Shown here: positions 1 to 13,427 of the stretch, one piece after another | How the letters are laid out: each line of letters begins with the position of its first letter | How positions within the stretch are numbered: position 1 is the first letter of the stretch | DNA from: Callorhinchus milii | Lineage: Eukaryota | Direction of reading: 5' to 3' | NCBI RefSeq assembly: GCF_018977255.1 | Contig: NW_024704742.1 | Location: 40,736,001 to 40,800,000 of the forward strand | Length of the DNA stretch: 64,000 nt | Made by a program: the position numbers and the translations under genes | The notes under the pieces: generated by a model | Databases searched by the model: none | What the model saw: only the letters and a program-made list of their open reading frames with translations | Told to the model about the DNA's origin: nothing

Positions 1-39
1 GGAATTGTTTTCTGCTTCTGTTGGAGGCAAGCACACCGT

Positions 40-200
40 CTGGGTGATCCTTATGAGATCGAGAACTACCGAGGAATCTCACTGATGCAGTTACTCTCAA
101 TGAGGGGCTTTGGGGAATGACTATCAGGTGAGTATATCAGGTGAGTTGGAGACCCACAGTTTGATCAGAAAGGAATAAAGTGGATTATATTCAGGTGAGG
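40..200 (+). mobile_element. Highly decayed LINE RT fragment
   Basis: Reads GDPYEIENYRGISLM, resembling the RT domain-1 NYRGISL motif. Confidence 0.4.
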
Positions 201-316
201 TGTGTGTGGGGGGCAAGTTGTGGCTTTGTATGAGATTTCAAAGAATTGTCAGGCACAGGGAAATCTACAACAACAACTTGCATTTATATAGCGCCTCTCA
301 CACAGGGTAGCGCTTA

Positions 317-2395
317 AACATAAGAATATAAGAATTAGGAGAAGGAGTAGGCCATTCGGCCCCTCGAGCATGCCCCGCCATTCAATAAGATCATGGCTGA
401 TCTTCTGACCTAACTTTAATTACCTGCCCTATCTCCATATCCCCTAATCCCTCTATTTTTAAAAAATCTGTCAGTCTCAGCCTTGAAAATGTTCAAGGAC
501 TGAGCATCTATAGCCTTCTTGGGTAGTAAATTCCATAAATTCACTGCCCTCTGAGTGAAGAAATGTTTCCTCAACTCTGTTCTAAAAGACTGACCCTTAA
601 TTTTAAGACTGTGACCCCTGGTTATAGATTCTCCTACCAGGGGAAACAAACCCTCAGTGTCTACTTTATCAGCCCTTTAAGAATCTTACATGTTTCAATA
701 AGATCTCCCCTAATTCTTCTGTACTCTAGAGAATACAGCCCTAGTTTATTCAGCCTATCCTCATAGGTCAGTCCCCTCATCCCAGGAACTAACCGAGTGA
801 ATCTACGCTGCACCCCCTCTAAGGCAAGTCTGTCCTTTCTTAAATAAGGAGACCAAAACTGCACATAATACTCCAGGTGCAGTCTCACCAAAGCCCTATA
901 CAGTTGCAGCAAGACTTCCCTACTCTTGTACTCTAAACCTTTTGCAATGAACGCTAACAATACGTTCGCCTTTTTAGTTGCTTGCTGCACCTGCAAACCA
1001 ACTTTTTGAGACTGATGTACAAGAACACCCAAATCCTTCTGAACACTAACACTATCTAATCTCTCCCCCTCTAGAAAATAATCTGTTTTTCTATTTTTTC
1101 TACCTAGGTGAATAACTTCACACTTCCCCACATTAAGTTCCATCTGCCACCTACTTGCTTACTCCCCTGGCCTATCTATATCCCGTTGCAATCTTTTTGC
1201 ATCATCCTTAGAGCTTATTCTCTCACCTAGTTTGGTGTCATCCGCGAATTTAGATACTTTACATTCAACGTCCTCATCTAGATCATAGATGTAAATTGTA
1301 AATAGCTGAGGCCCCAGCACTGATCCTTGTGGCACTCCACTAATCACATTCTGCCAATTTGAGAATGACCCATTTATCCCTACTCTCTGTTTTCTACCCG
1401 TTAGCCACTCTTCAATCCATGCTAATATGTTCCCATTAATCCCGTGGACCTTAACCTTGTACAATAGCCTTTTGTGTGGCACTTTGTCAAATGCCTTCTT
1501 AAAATCTAAATATACTACATCTACTGGCTTCCCCCTATCTAACCTGCTAGATACATCTTCAAAAAACTCTAAAAGATTAGTTAAGCATGACTTCCCTTTG
1601 GTAAAGCCATGTTGACTCTGCCTAATCCTGTTATGGTCTTCCAGGAATCCCATAGCGACATCCTTAATTAAGGACTCAAGAATTTTCCCTACCACTGATG
1701 TCAGACTAACTGATCTATAATTCCCCATCTTTTCTCTCCCACCCTTCTTGAATAGTGGTGTTACGTTTGCAATCTTCCACTCAATGGGAACCGTTTCAGA
1801 ATCCAGAGAATTTTGGAAGACCAAAGACAAGCCATCCACTATCTCAGTAGCCACCTCTTTTAAAACCCTAGGATGTAGGCCATCAGGTCCAGGAGATTTA
1901 TTAGTTTTAAGACCTGACAATTTATCTAAAACCATTTCTTTGCTAATATTAATTTACCCAAGTTGCTCGCTAACAGTATCTTCTTGGTTCCCTCTATTCT
2001 TGGTAGGTTTTCAGTGTCTTCTAAGGTGAAGACAGTGGCAAAGTACTCGTTTAATGACTCTGCCATGTCTTTGTCCCCTACTGTAATTCCCCCCGTCTCT
2101 GCCTCTAACGGACCCACATTTACTTTTGACAGCCTCTTTCTCTTTATATATTTGTAAAAACTGTTGCAGTCTGTCTTTATGTTTCTCGCTAGTTTGCCCT
2201 CATATTCCATTTTCTCCCTCTTAATCACTTTTTTGGTTCTCCTTTGTTGATCTCTAAAGTTCTCCCAATCCTCAGGTTTACTACTCATGTAGGCTTCTTC
2301 TTTTAACTTTATACTTTCCCTAACTGCTCTAGTTAGCCACGGTTGGGCCACCTTTCCCGTGGCATTCTTATTCCTCAAAGCTACCCTCTTGTGTT
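317..2395 (-). mobile_element. CR1 LINE, 5'-truncated ORF2 (reverse transcriptase) with frameshifts and 3' tail
   Basis: Consecutive ORFs 1926-2432, 1159-1935, 661-1143 and 416-649 carry KSPGPDGLHPRVLKE, NYRSVSLTS, QHGF, YLDFKKAFDKVPH, GVPQGSVLGP, KFADD and TRGHSLK; TTCTTATG-type tail at about 317-335. Confidence 0.95.
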
Positions 2396-3834
2396 CATTG
2401 ATTTGTGTAAGGCTTTTGTCCCAGTGCCTCACAAAGCCATCGTGACAAAACTGGAAGCTGTGGATTTTATTCAGGAAATGTATTCCAGCTCCAAGATCTG
2501 TTAAAGGTTGATGACAAAGCTCACCTGGAGTTTCTCATACCAGCTACCCACCTGATGAGAGCACAAAATTGCACTTGTCAGATGTTAGTTGACCAACTAG
2601 TGACCACCTCCTGGGGGAGGCTGTTATCAGGGTCTCCTTGGAGCTGAACTGAATATTGGAATCGAGACAATCCACTGTGGCAGTCTCGGTAATCCGGATC
2701 CTGATTCAGGCGGGTCCACAGCTTTCCAGGGCATTTTCATACTGAACTATGCTGCTGACCAGGAAGCTCGCAGACAGCACCCAGCTGACCCCAAAAACAA
2801 GGGGAGAGAGAACTTTTCTCATTCAACACTTTCGCAGTCGCAACATCAAAAAACAAATTGAAAACGAACCGATTAAAAAGCAGCAAAGGATTCTGTGAGA
2901 AGGAAATTGTGTCCTTCAAAGGGCGTCAATATCTTTCGAACTGTTGCAGTTGGAAATCTTTTCAGAGTGTTTTGCTTCATTGTCCTGCCCGATTAAGAGG
3001 AATATAAAACAGTCTCCCCCCCACCCCCCCACCTACAAACACACACACACACACGTTCACAAAACCATCTGCCTAGCTTACTTCAGGAAACTATTAATAA
3101 AAGAAAGTTAGATAAATAAACTTTGGGAAAGGTTTTTCATTTTATTGACCCCAGTCTTAACTGTCATGTCATTGTGATTTTTTTTTTTCTAAAGCTATTT
3201 CATAACATTCAATGAAACCACAGATTAAGTTTTACTGCAGGGAGCGTGCCTGGCAAAGAAACTTGGCAGTTTGCTTACCATGAGCAATTCATTTACGCAA
3301 GATGCAACTGGGTGTTCACAGATATCAGGAGATCAAGCTCAGCCTGTCGGCTATTGGTGCTTGGAAGACAGGGTGATTTTCTTCCACCTATCACAGATTA
3401 TGTCCTGTGGTCTTAAGTAACTTCAAATCATGTTCAAACCCACGCTTCTGGCACTGGTGTGGGCTTGCTCATTGTCGCAGACTATCTACAATCTATATAA
3501 TGTAAAGTGAAATATGATAACTATTGCGACTTTGGTCCCAACTCAGAACTATTTCCATGCATCAAAATCTTTAACAAATATCAAGTAATACAAAAAATGG
3601 TGTATTCACAAAAATGAGAATGCGTAGTCATAATATTAATTCTTACATTTGATTTAGTAGGATATCTCAAAGCACGTCACAGAATAAATTAAGAAACTTC
3701 CTTGTAGCATCCTTGATACGATACAGATTGCAATTGAGATGTATTGCAGCCTATTATTTGATATTTGATAACTTTATTTGATTATCAAATTTGATTATTT
3801 GATAACTTTCTCCCCATGTCGCTCCACTCCTGGT

Positions 3835-4197
3835 CTGGGCCCCTCTTGCTGGGTTGCGGTTCCACAGGTGCTGGTTGCCAGCTAGTCTGCCCCATCGTGT
3901 ACGTGTGAGCCTTGGTGAATTTCGGCAGCCACTCAGTTGTCAAAGCTAAGCTCGATACTTGCCCTCCCTACTGGCTGCCACACACTGCACTACCAGCAGA
4001 CAGTGCTACAAACGGACCAGGAGCAAGGAGTCTCGCTGGGCTTCCCCTCATAAACTCAGGGAGGTCAGAGCCAATTTAGGCTCTTCATTCCGCCCCGGCT
4101 AGGGCCAATAACCTCATTGGAGACCAGGATTTGAATCAGCGAACTCCTGGTCCATCAGCTGTATCGATGTCTCCACTACACCATCAGGGCTGCCATA
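3835..4197 (-). mobile_element. Ancient SINE (AmnSINE2-like); related copy at about 14645-14832 (+)
   Basis: Two diverged copies share GCACCTGTGGAACCG..CCAGCAAGAG and TGTGTGGCAGCCA; a degenerate tRNA-like head lies at the 4100-4197 end. The family name is from recall. Confidence 0.5.
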
Positions 4198-4448
4198 GAA
4201 ATTATGTTCAACACATTTCAAGAAAGATACCAGGACGTTTTTCTTTATGCAGAAGGTAATCAAATGACTGGAATAGGTTGCTAGAAAAAGTGCAACTGCC
4301 AGGAAAGTGGACTCATATGCTTGATGCTGTGATGGTAGGGTGGGTGTTCTGAAAGAATGAGATAGGGTTAGTTCTTCATCCAAACCAATCTTATCATTTT
4401 ATATGCCCTGAAGTGCTTTGAGATGTCCTCCTAAAGTGAAAGATGCTA

Positions 4449-4761
4449 TAATAATAATAATCCTTGGACTTGATATAGCTCTTTCAATGTTTTCTAGAAG
4501 TCTCAAAGCACTTCACAGAATATACGGTAAAGTGAATTGACTGTATATTTGTGGGCGAAACGTGGCAGCCAATTGTGCACAGCAGTGTCCCACAAACAAT
4601 CGTGGATTGAAAATGACCAATTTATTATTGTTTTGTTTTGGAGGGATTATTATTAGGCGTGTGGAGTAAGGAAACTTGCCCAAGGTTTTGCCCTGCCTGG
4701 AATTGAACCCGGGTGTCTCGATTGCAAGGTGAGTGCTCTAACCACTGAGCTACAGGACTCC
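4449..4761 (-). mobile_element. Young tRNA(Ala)-derived SINE with L2-type tail, full length
   Basis: Head GGAGTCCTGTAGCTCAGTGGTTAGAGCAC..TTGCAA..GGTTCAATTCC, body CCTTGGGCAAGTTTCCTTACTCCAC, tail GGATTATTATTA; many near-identical copies in the window. Confidence 0.9.
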
Positions 4762-5948
4762 ACAAAAATACGAGTAAGGATTATTATTTTCCTTTTAGCA
4801 TAGGCTTGATGACAATATTCCGTTGCTGTAATTCCTATGAGTTACTGATTCTAAACGAGGCAACTGGTTGCTACCAGAAGATGTGGCACTCTAGATTGTC
4901 CCAGACTAGAAAGGGTGTTAAAGGCATTAAACTAAAGCAAAGACAGGTGAATAAAGCATGAGATTGTGAAAATGAACAGAAGGTTGATCAGTATCTCAAA
5001 AAGAAAGATTGGTTAACATTTTATGCAGTGCCTTCTTTAGACCTCAAATGATAAAAGTTATAGTAAAATCTATGGATATGCAACAAAGTATAAGGAGAAG
5101 CAATAGCAGCAACAATTCTAGCTTTTCTTGTTGATATGATAACCATTTGTTCATCTTAGTTTGTATAAGGAAAGAAATCCTCGTTTATGATATTGCACCT
5201 ATAACGTCTCAGAGAAGTTTGTAGGTAATTGCTGTCAAGTGGAGTGACTGTGTAAGTGTAGACAAATCTGTTTTTGCTACTGTTCATGGAGTTTGGCATT
5301 TGAGTGCCGCTAAAAATAAATGTTCTGTTTCCTTTTTTGCTATAATTATTTCTCACATTTCATAATTCTTATCACTACTTTCCATCTCTTGCCAATCAAC
5401 TATCATTTGCAAATGCTAACATTTCTCAGTTTAAACTAGGTTAAATAGCTCACCATGAAAGACTTCCCATGGTCTTGATGGCATCGTCCCTTTATAACAG
5501 TAAAATTAATTCAACAAAACATGTTTTTTCTGAGAATTTTTTTCTGTTCCTAATTAAATATCCTTTATGGTGCTTTTGCAAGTCACGCAAGGGAAACATT
5601 GAACTGCAGAAAGTGTTGTGTAAAAGGCAAAATCAGGATGATTCTGAATAACAAAGGGAGCCGGGGGAGAGGGGTGTGTATATGAAAGGTACTGATTTAA
5701 AGACTGGACAAAGTTCAGTGTGCCAATAAGTTTTCATTTTAAATTCTGGGCCTTTCCTTACTGTAACACAAGACTTAAAATTATGATATATGTTGTGTTA
5801 ATAATCACCAGTGATGATAATAATATTAATAATAGTAACAATCCTTGCATTTGATATAACGTCTTATCACTTTGTTGAGATGTCTCAAAGCACTTCACAG
5901 AATATACTGTAAAGTGGATTGATTGTGTATTTTGTGGGGGGACATGTA

Positions 5949-6070
5949 TTTATCTTATCAGGAACTTGCATCCTTAATAATATTTCATTTTCACAGTTAG
6001 ATATTTAACCGGAGATATCTAACCGTGAAAGTGAAATATTATTGAACGTTCAAGTTCCTGTTTAGATAAA
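5949..6070. repeat. Imperfect hairpin, 56-bp arms and 10-nt loop
   Basis: Arms 5949-6004 and 6015-6070 match at 47 of 56 positions. Confidence 0.85.
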
Positions 6071-7619
6071 CAAATTCTTTTATGACTTGCTTTATTGTTT
6101 GAGTTGACTCTTGTGACTATGTTTCTAAAACAATTGCAGTATTTTGCATCCTGACATGGTAACAGTCTACAATGTCTACTTTTGTCACAACAGTGTGGTG
6201 ACCAGCATCAGACTTCTCCACTGGTCCATAACCAGCGGAGACAGATATAATATACCGACCTGGGGATGAAAAAGAGAATTTAGGAGAAACTACTTCACAC
6301 AGAGGGTAGTGAGGAACTCGTTGCTTGAAGTAGTGGTTGAATCAGAGAGTATAGATGCATTCAAGGGGAAGCTAGACCTTCACAACAACAAATTGTATTT
6401 ATTCAATGCCTTTCATGTCAGAGGACGTCCCAAGGCATTGCAGAGGGAAAAGAAGGATATGGGAGGTATTTGAGCCTGTGTCACTTACATCACAAGATTT
6501 CCATCTGTAATAACTTATCAATACAGGGTGGACAGAAAGGCTTTGAAACGTAGCCACAGAATTTTTCACTTGAACAGATAAGCTCAAGAACATAAGCAGT
6601 TACCACACTGAGATATACATCTGTCACAAGATTTATGAATGGAGCTGTTGCTCACATGGATTTTGAAAGCATTTAACAGTGTAAAAGGGCACAGCATTCC
6701 ACTGCCATAAGTCATAAATCACTCTCCACCTAGAAATGATTTTAAGATATGATTTCAGAACAGAACCCAGTGAGATGTTAATTGGTGCTTGCATCATATC
6801 CAGGATTTGATTTTTGATTCTTAACAAAGAGCAAACAGGATAAAACCGCCCAAGCCAGCTGCTCCAAGAATGTCCTATCCCATTTTCACCACTTACACTC
6901 TGAGTTGTGCAAGGATCAACAGGCACAGACAATTTCTACTGCATCAGAATTAATGAGATATATAAAGAAACAGGAACAATTTATACCACCCTTAGTAAAA
7001 CATCAGATCAGTGAACTGATGTCTCTCTTTGCTACAGCTGAAGTGATAACAATAATAATAATCCTTACATTTGATATAGCACTTTATCATGTCGTCAAGA
7101 CATCTCAAAGCGCTTCGTAGCATATTGTGTAAAGTGAATTAATTGACTGTGTATTTTGTGGGCGAAACAATTTGATGTCGTTCCAGCAGTAAAGTGAGTT
7201 GAAGCAGGTTTGAATTGTCATTTGTGAGCTGCTATCTTCGCTATGAATGGAAACTCCTTTCTGATCAGGTGAGTGCCAAGGAACAGGGTGGTGTTAGATG
7301 AGTGGAGGGAATGACCAGGTGACAGGCAGGGGTGATAGCCCTGGGTGGACTGGTTATACGAGAAATTGGGAAATTTCCCCGAATGCCCCGTGAATGGTTT
7401 CCGAGAGAGGGGCTCCATGATTGGCTCCCAATACTCACCACCCCAGAGTCCAACATGTGGGTGAATGACAGATCAGACAAGCCAAACATCACCCATCCTC
7501 CCTGATGACTGACAACTACAAGACCAATTATCGCCTGGATCCTGTCCAACTTTGCACCCGTGGATTGATGCCCCTGGTTTACCCCAAAACCCTGAGCCTT
7601 TTCAGGGAGCCAGACTCCC

Positions 7620-7895
7620 ACTGATGGTAGTGTCAGGAGTAGGGTGGGGCAAGGCTGTCGAGAGAAGTGAAGGTCAGGATAGGATCTTGAATTTAATCCG
7701 CTGAGGGATGGGGAGCCAGAGAAGCTGAGCTTGGATGGGAGTGGTAGGCTTACAAAGGCTGGTGCAGAAGAGTACACAGATAGTTTGCAGCTTACGTAGG
7801 GAGAAGTTGGGAGTCCGGTCAGCAGGGCATTTGATTTATCAAGTCTCAACATGGTGAAGATGAGGAACTCAGCTGTCCAGAGACATGTATCTAGC
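7620..7895 (-). mobile_element. L2 LINE 3' fragment
   Basis: Decayed RLD..NALL.GLP and 3' L2 motifs; a further piece at about 7260-7330. Confidence 0.7.
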
Positions 7896-7904
7896 AACGA
7901 ACGG

Positions 7905-8420
7905 CAGCCCCATCACATCAAGGCTCGATTACGGGAACTCCCTCCTTATCGGCCTTCCCAACTCTTCCCTTCACAAGCTGCAGATCATCCAAAACTCTGC
8001 AGCTCATGTACTCTCACGCACCAGGCTCCGCGACCCCATCACTCCCACCCTCGCCTGACTCCACTGGCTCCCCATCCCCCAGAGGATCGAGTTCAAGATC
8101 CTCGTCCTCACTTTTAAGGCTATCCACGGCCTTGCCCCCTCCTACCTCTCTGACCTGCTGACTCCCTACCAACCTGCCCGCTCCCTCCGTTCAGTGCCTG
8201 CTCCATGTCTGCCGCCTGACCTGCCCTACCATCGGTGGCCGGGCTTTCAGCCTCTCTGCCCCCACACTCTGGAACTCCATCTCACAGTCCCTTCACCTCG
8301 CTTCCTCCCTTGCCTCCTTCAAGGCTGGTCTCAAGACCCTTCTCTTCGATCATGCCTTTGCTCGCCCTCCCACCTCTCTGCCTTCCCTCACCTCTACACC
8401 ACCCCTCCCCCATGCTCGGG
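7905..8420 (+). mobile_element. L2 LINE 3' fragment
   Basis: Decayed [37 protein letters not shown] motifs. Confidence 0.85.
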
Positions 8421-8459
8421 CCCTGACACCGGACTGTTCAGCTCTTTGGGACGTATTAG

Positions 8460-8758
8460 TGCTTCTTTGCATTATTAGCACCTCTATTCCCCTGCTTTGT
8501 TCAATCCGTCCCCCCTTTGTTTTGCATCATTAACACCTCTTTAGCCCATCATCCCCTGTCCTCTACCCCATTTTCTGCTTTGTCTTCCTTGACCTGCCTC
8601 CCCCCTCTCTGTTAGCCCTTAAAAGCCTCTCCCTCTCAAAATGCCCCAGTTCTGATGAAAGGTCTAGGACCTGAAATGTTGACTCACTTTCCTTTCTCCA
8701 TAGATGCTGCCTGACCTGCTGAGTGTTCCCAGCGACTTCTGTTGTTGTTTCAGACTTT
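8460..8758 (+). mobile_element. Penelope-type element end containing a hammerhead motif
   Basis: Pyrimidine-rich stretch then CTGATGAAAGGTCTAGGACCTGAAATGTTGAC..CCATAGATGCTGCCTGACCTGCTGAG; the same block recurs at 37445 (+) and 17290 (-). Confidence 0.65.
8648..8684 (+). ncRNA. Minimal type I hammerhead ribozyme motif (CpG-decayed)
   Basis: Helix I AGTT/GACT, core CTGATGA, helix II AGGTC-TAG-GACCT, GAAA, then TGTT in place of CGTC. Confidence 0.55.
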
Positions 8759-10174
8759 ACATTATATCCTGTGAAGCGCTGATGTTGTGATAAGGGGCTA
8801 TGTTAAATGCAAGGATTATTATTACTTCTGACTTTGTTTAAAAAATACATGTAGTGATTTATACTTTTGCTTTTGGCCACTTACACAGAATTACCAAAAC
8901 AACTACTAATTCAAAGAATGTGGTCTGCCTGAGTATGGCTGACAAGAAACTCAGACTTTCATTGATATTTCAATACCTTGAGAAAATTTGAAGACATAAT
9001 TGCTGGTATAAATCATCTCTAAAAATCACTTGCAATGCGCTTTTTCCTATTCTACCTGTACTCAGTGAGACTTTGGCCAATAGGCAGGTCCTCAATGAAT
9101 GCTAGAATGTGTTGCAGCAAGACAAACTATTTAACCTCATTGAAACTCACATCCTGCTTCAAGATATATACAATAGAATGCTGATTGAATCTCAAGAGGA
9201 AGCAGCGATATCTCACTTCAATCCATGTTCTGTACAAATTGGTCACAAGATAGGTTTAGATGAAGAACGCCTTTCAGCCCATTTGATATCATCTTTCTAA
9301 AATGTCTATCTTAACTTCTTTCCATTACTGTGCCAAGCTGCTTTGCAAATGAACCCAGTGCCCTGTCCTCTCCACCTTTTTTCGAATCTATTCACTAATT
9401 GTGATGTGAATGTTGTGTTACTATAGCACACTGAAAAGTAAACAGGTGGAATTCTTTCCATACCAACTATGAGAAAAAAGTAGTCAAGGTTTGAATTGTT
9501 ATTCATTATCATTTATGGTCTACATTAGAGTGAAACCAAAGTCCACAACTTATTGTTATTGTTAAAGTGGTATTGTAGCCCCAGAGGTTTTATTTGGCCA
9601 GCCTGGTGCCTGACACATGCAAAATCTCATTGCATGGTTAAGGGTTTCCAAACCAGATATGTTCCATCCTTGCACCTACACATGGAAATGCCCATGTTTG
9701 GAATGTGCACTCTATCCCCGGATGGATGCACCCTGCTTGCCCAATTCCAAAGGGTATGAGGCACAGATTGTGCTGGAGTTCAACTAGCTAAAACCATACA
9801 GCTTGCCATTAAGAGAAATGTCTGGCAAGGCACCCCCTGCTTGTTCAGCAAGGACCACCCTACCTAACGTGGCTTTGACTAGCAGGGTTAACAGGAGCTG
9901 AGTAGGAAGAATTCACAAAGTGCCAACCCACCTTAGAACCAGCTCAACTCCAAGGACGCACTGCCTATTCGCCCCCACACTCCCCGAATCCCCTAAAGGA
10001 GGATAAAGGAGGAAATCACAATACTGTTTTGTTCTGATACATTTATTATTAAATGCAAGGGATTGCATTACTAAAACAACGAATGATAAAAAGCTATATG
10101 TATATATATTTCATATATATATATATTTCATATATATAAGAAAGAACCTACATTTTTATTGAGCCTTAACACAA

Positions 10175-10515
10175 AATACTTCACATGTGTAATGACTATT
10201 TTTGTAAACAAATATAGCAGCAAGTTGTGCCAACAAGGTACTATCAATTATTTTGAAGTGAGTGATCAATTAATCTGGATGATTGTTGGTCAGGAACCCA
10301 GGGAGAACCTCCTTACTTTTTGGAATGGTATCAATGGATGTTTGAAGTCCAGCTGAACAGAATCAGGTCTCATCTGAAAGGCAGCACTTCTGACAATACA
10401 GTGCTCCACAATACTGCACTGGAGTGTTAGCCTTGACTGTGAACTCATGGCCCAGCCTGGGGCTTGAACTCACAACCTTCTGAACCAGAGGCGAGAGTGG
10501 TATCATCTAGCAAAA
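10175..10515 (-). mobile_element. Old Deu-domain SINE
   Basis: Reverse complement of the CACTCCAGTGCAGTA..CTTTCAGATGAGAC..GGAC..CCAT core shared with 16050-16470. Confidence 0.7.
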
Positions 10516-11231
10516 CTAATGGCGAAGAGTGTATACCCAACTGAACTGTATATAAGGCTTAATACAAAGGTAGGTTTTGAAAGACCCTTCAAATTGTCAC
10601 AATTAGTGACCACTGATGTTTACTAAATTCACATCCTAATTATATATCTTAAGCACAAGTCTAGATCTAAAAACATGCCCAAGAGCTCTGAATCGTCGAT
10701 CTTCTGATAAAACGTTTGAGCCACATGATGTATGTAGTTGGGAATAATTGTGATGTAGATCGGGCTCTTAAAGTATTGACATAACAGAGAATTACAGAAT
10801 TGAGCCTGAACAGAATGTTTGTGTCTGCACATGCACAACATATCTCAAAGATAGATTGCTTTAGAATATCCAGTATGCTGCTACCTTATTCAGTCACATA
10901 GAAGTTACCAGCAGGCTTATCAATTAATCATCACAGACAAGAAAATAGTTAAATATTGTCATATAAAAATTGATCAATGAAGAGGCAGTACATTTTCAGC
11001 ATTAATTATGATAGCATTTTATTATATAATAGTAGAAGAGCGCATTGAAGTTCAAAATTGGCATTTGCTGCACAAAATAATAGAGAAGTTAAATTATTAT
11101 TACCAGGTATGTCAATCTCTGATATCTACTTGTGTATAAGACTTTTAACTCACATAATCAAAGCTCACACAATACAGAGCTGAGCATTCATGAAAAAGTC
11201 TGTTAATTCCACAAAGCTCATCCCCCTAGTA

Positions 11232-11343
11232 CAGTAGTGGCCAACTTTTTTGGTCGACCAACAAAATAAATTTTCTTGATTGAATACATCTTGATTTATG
11301 GTACAAATACCCCAACCTGCGGGCCATGAGTTAGCCACCACTG
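11232..11343. mobile_element. hAT MITE (same family as 21968-22180, internally deleted)
   Basis: TIR CAGTAGTGGCCAAC / GTTAGCCACCACTG; degenerate 8-bp TSD ccctagta/cgctagtt. Confidence 0.75.
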
Positions 11344-11354
11344 CGCTAGTTAAA

Positions 11355-11566
11355 TAGGGTGGTCCAACTGACATCCGGCCCAAGGGCCGATTTAATCCGC
11401 CCACTGAGCCCCCTCCCTCCATTTCTCTGGCCCACCTGCTCCCTCCATAACCTGTAAATGTTATGTTATGTTGTGGGAAACATTAAAAATATTGCTTATG
11501 CAGCCAGCGGACGTTTCTCAAAATAGGGCATCCAGCCCTCAGCAGCCAAAAGGTTGGACCACCGTG
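11355..11566. mobile_element. hAT-Charlie-like MITE
   Basis: Imperfect TIR TAGGGTGGTCCAAC / GTTGGACCACCGTG with internal CGGCCC/GGGCCG subterminal motifs. Confidence 0.7.
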
Positions 11567-12299
11567 CTTTAGTACAAAAGTCCTTCAATAGGGCATGTAA
11601 TTAATAGATAATACCAATCACTCTTTCAGTTTTTAATATCTGTTTAATATCTTATATCAATCTGGAACATTGTTGGCATGACACATTTGTGATAGCGATT
11701 AGGGGATCCAACAGAGAACTTAGGAGCAACTTCCTCATGCAGAGGGTAATGTGAATGTGGAACTCCCTGTTTAAAGTGATGGTTGAAGTAAGTAGTATAG
11801 ATGCATTCAAGAGGAAGCTAGACATGCACATGAGGGAGAAGAGAATGATAATCTATAGTTACCGAAAATATCCAGACAATGTGAGGTTGTAATCAGCAAA
11901 GTAGATCAATTGTTAGACCATAGCGTGAGGGCACCAGGGACAAGTCAAAACAAGTAATTTAGTTCAATACTTAATTCAATTCACAATTCTAGGAAGATTC
12001 TAGGACTACGATTTCAAGAAACGACTTGCAGAACTGATGTGATTTATAATCAAGTCAAGCCAATGAGGGAAGGAAAACATGATCCAGGATTTTACAATTC
12101 TGAGAAACAAGAAGTGATATACTGTACAACAACAACAAGATTACATTTGTATAACGCCCTTCACGTCGGGAGAACGTACATGTAAGCAACTAGTTGGATT
12201 GTAAATAGATATAAAGAGAGATCTTCCAATTCTTCTTTCTTCCGATACTAGTAGGATTAATATTCTCATAAATTACTCCACTTAAGCTCCCAAGTAAAG

Positions 12300-12540
12300 G
12301 TAAGATTTATAAAGCGCCTTCCACACCGGACGGCGGCTCAGAGCGCTTCACAGTAACGCATCCCGCAGCCGAACCAGGGGGAGGGAGGAGAAGGTGACCA
12401 ATGGAGCAGTCGAAAAGAAAGGTCTTCAACCGAGACCTGAAAATAGGAAAAGAGGGGGGCGAGGCGAAGGGAGTGAGGAAGGGAGTTCCAGAGCCTTGGG
12501 GATAGTGGCTGAAGACATGGCCGCTGATGGTGGAGCGGAT
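12300..12540 (-). mobile_element. L2 LINE 3' end
   Basis: LWNSLP..LR motif and an AAGCGCT..GGCGCTTTATAAAT tail. Confidence 0.75.
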
Positions 12541-13427
12541 TAACCATGTGGGACTCTTGGAACCTTTCTCTCCATGTATCCAAGGTACTTAACAACAGAA
12601 TGGAAGAGATGAAAGCATGTATGTTTAGCATGATCTCTGAGGAATGATGTGTGAGACATTGATCTACAACTCCTGTCTTTGAGAGGAGCAGGTCAACAAA
12701 TTGTATAATGGACAAGATCTCTGCTTACCTCTGAGGCTGAATTCTGCAATACCAGCAATTTCTTGCTACAACTATGGGACAGTAAGAAGCTTTCATTGTA
12801 CCAGAATATTTGGACCAGGCATTAAAAACAAGTTAGGCCAAAATATAAATTTTAACTGACTTGAACAGCATATCAGGCAATGGATCATAGGAATTGAGTC
12901 AACCCTCTATCGTGGAGTCCTGTAGCTTAATGATTAGAGCACTCATCTCGCAAGCAAGAGACCTGAGTTCGATTCCCTGCACGGCGAAACGTTAGGAAGT
13001 ATTGTTCATCTCATTGAAAGGATGATATAATAACATCTCATTTACTTGATCCCATTTAGCTGTCTGATATTTGTTATGGTTTTGGCTGCTATTCAATGCT
13101 ATGTTCGCAGAGTTGCCAATTGTGGTCAAACATGCGACACGCATAAAAAAGGAATATTTTTGCTCCAATTTTTTTTAGCGGGAAGGTACTACTGTTAGTA
13201 GTGCGAATGTTGGTCTGTTCGGATGAATGCTGGGTATTTCCCAACTTTTATTTCTCCTATCTTGAACTATGAAATATAGGTATTGAGAAAGCTTGATGAC
13301 TGATATCACAGTCTGCCAGTTAGACCACCCAGACTTCCAGTAAACAGAGGCAATATACTCCTGAATGGTGCACCAGTGGATAGATATCATACCTATCTAT
13401 GAATCAAAAGCAAACACACCCCTGAAC

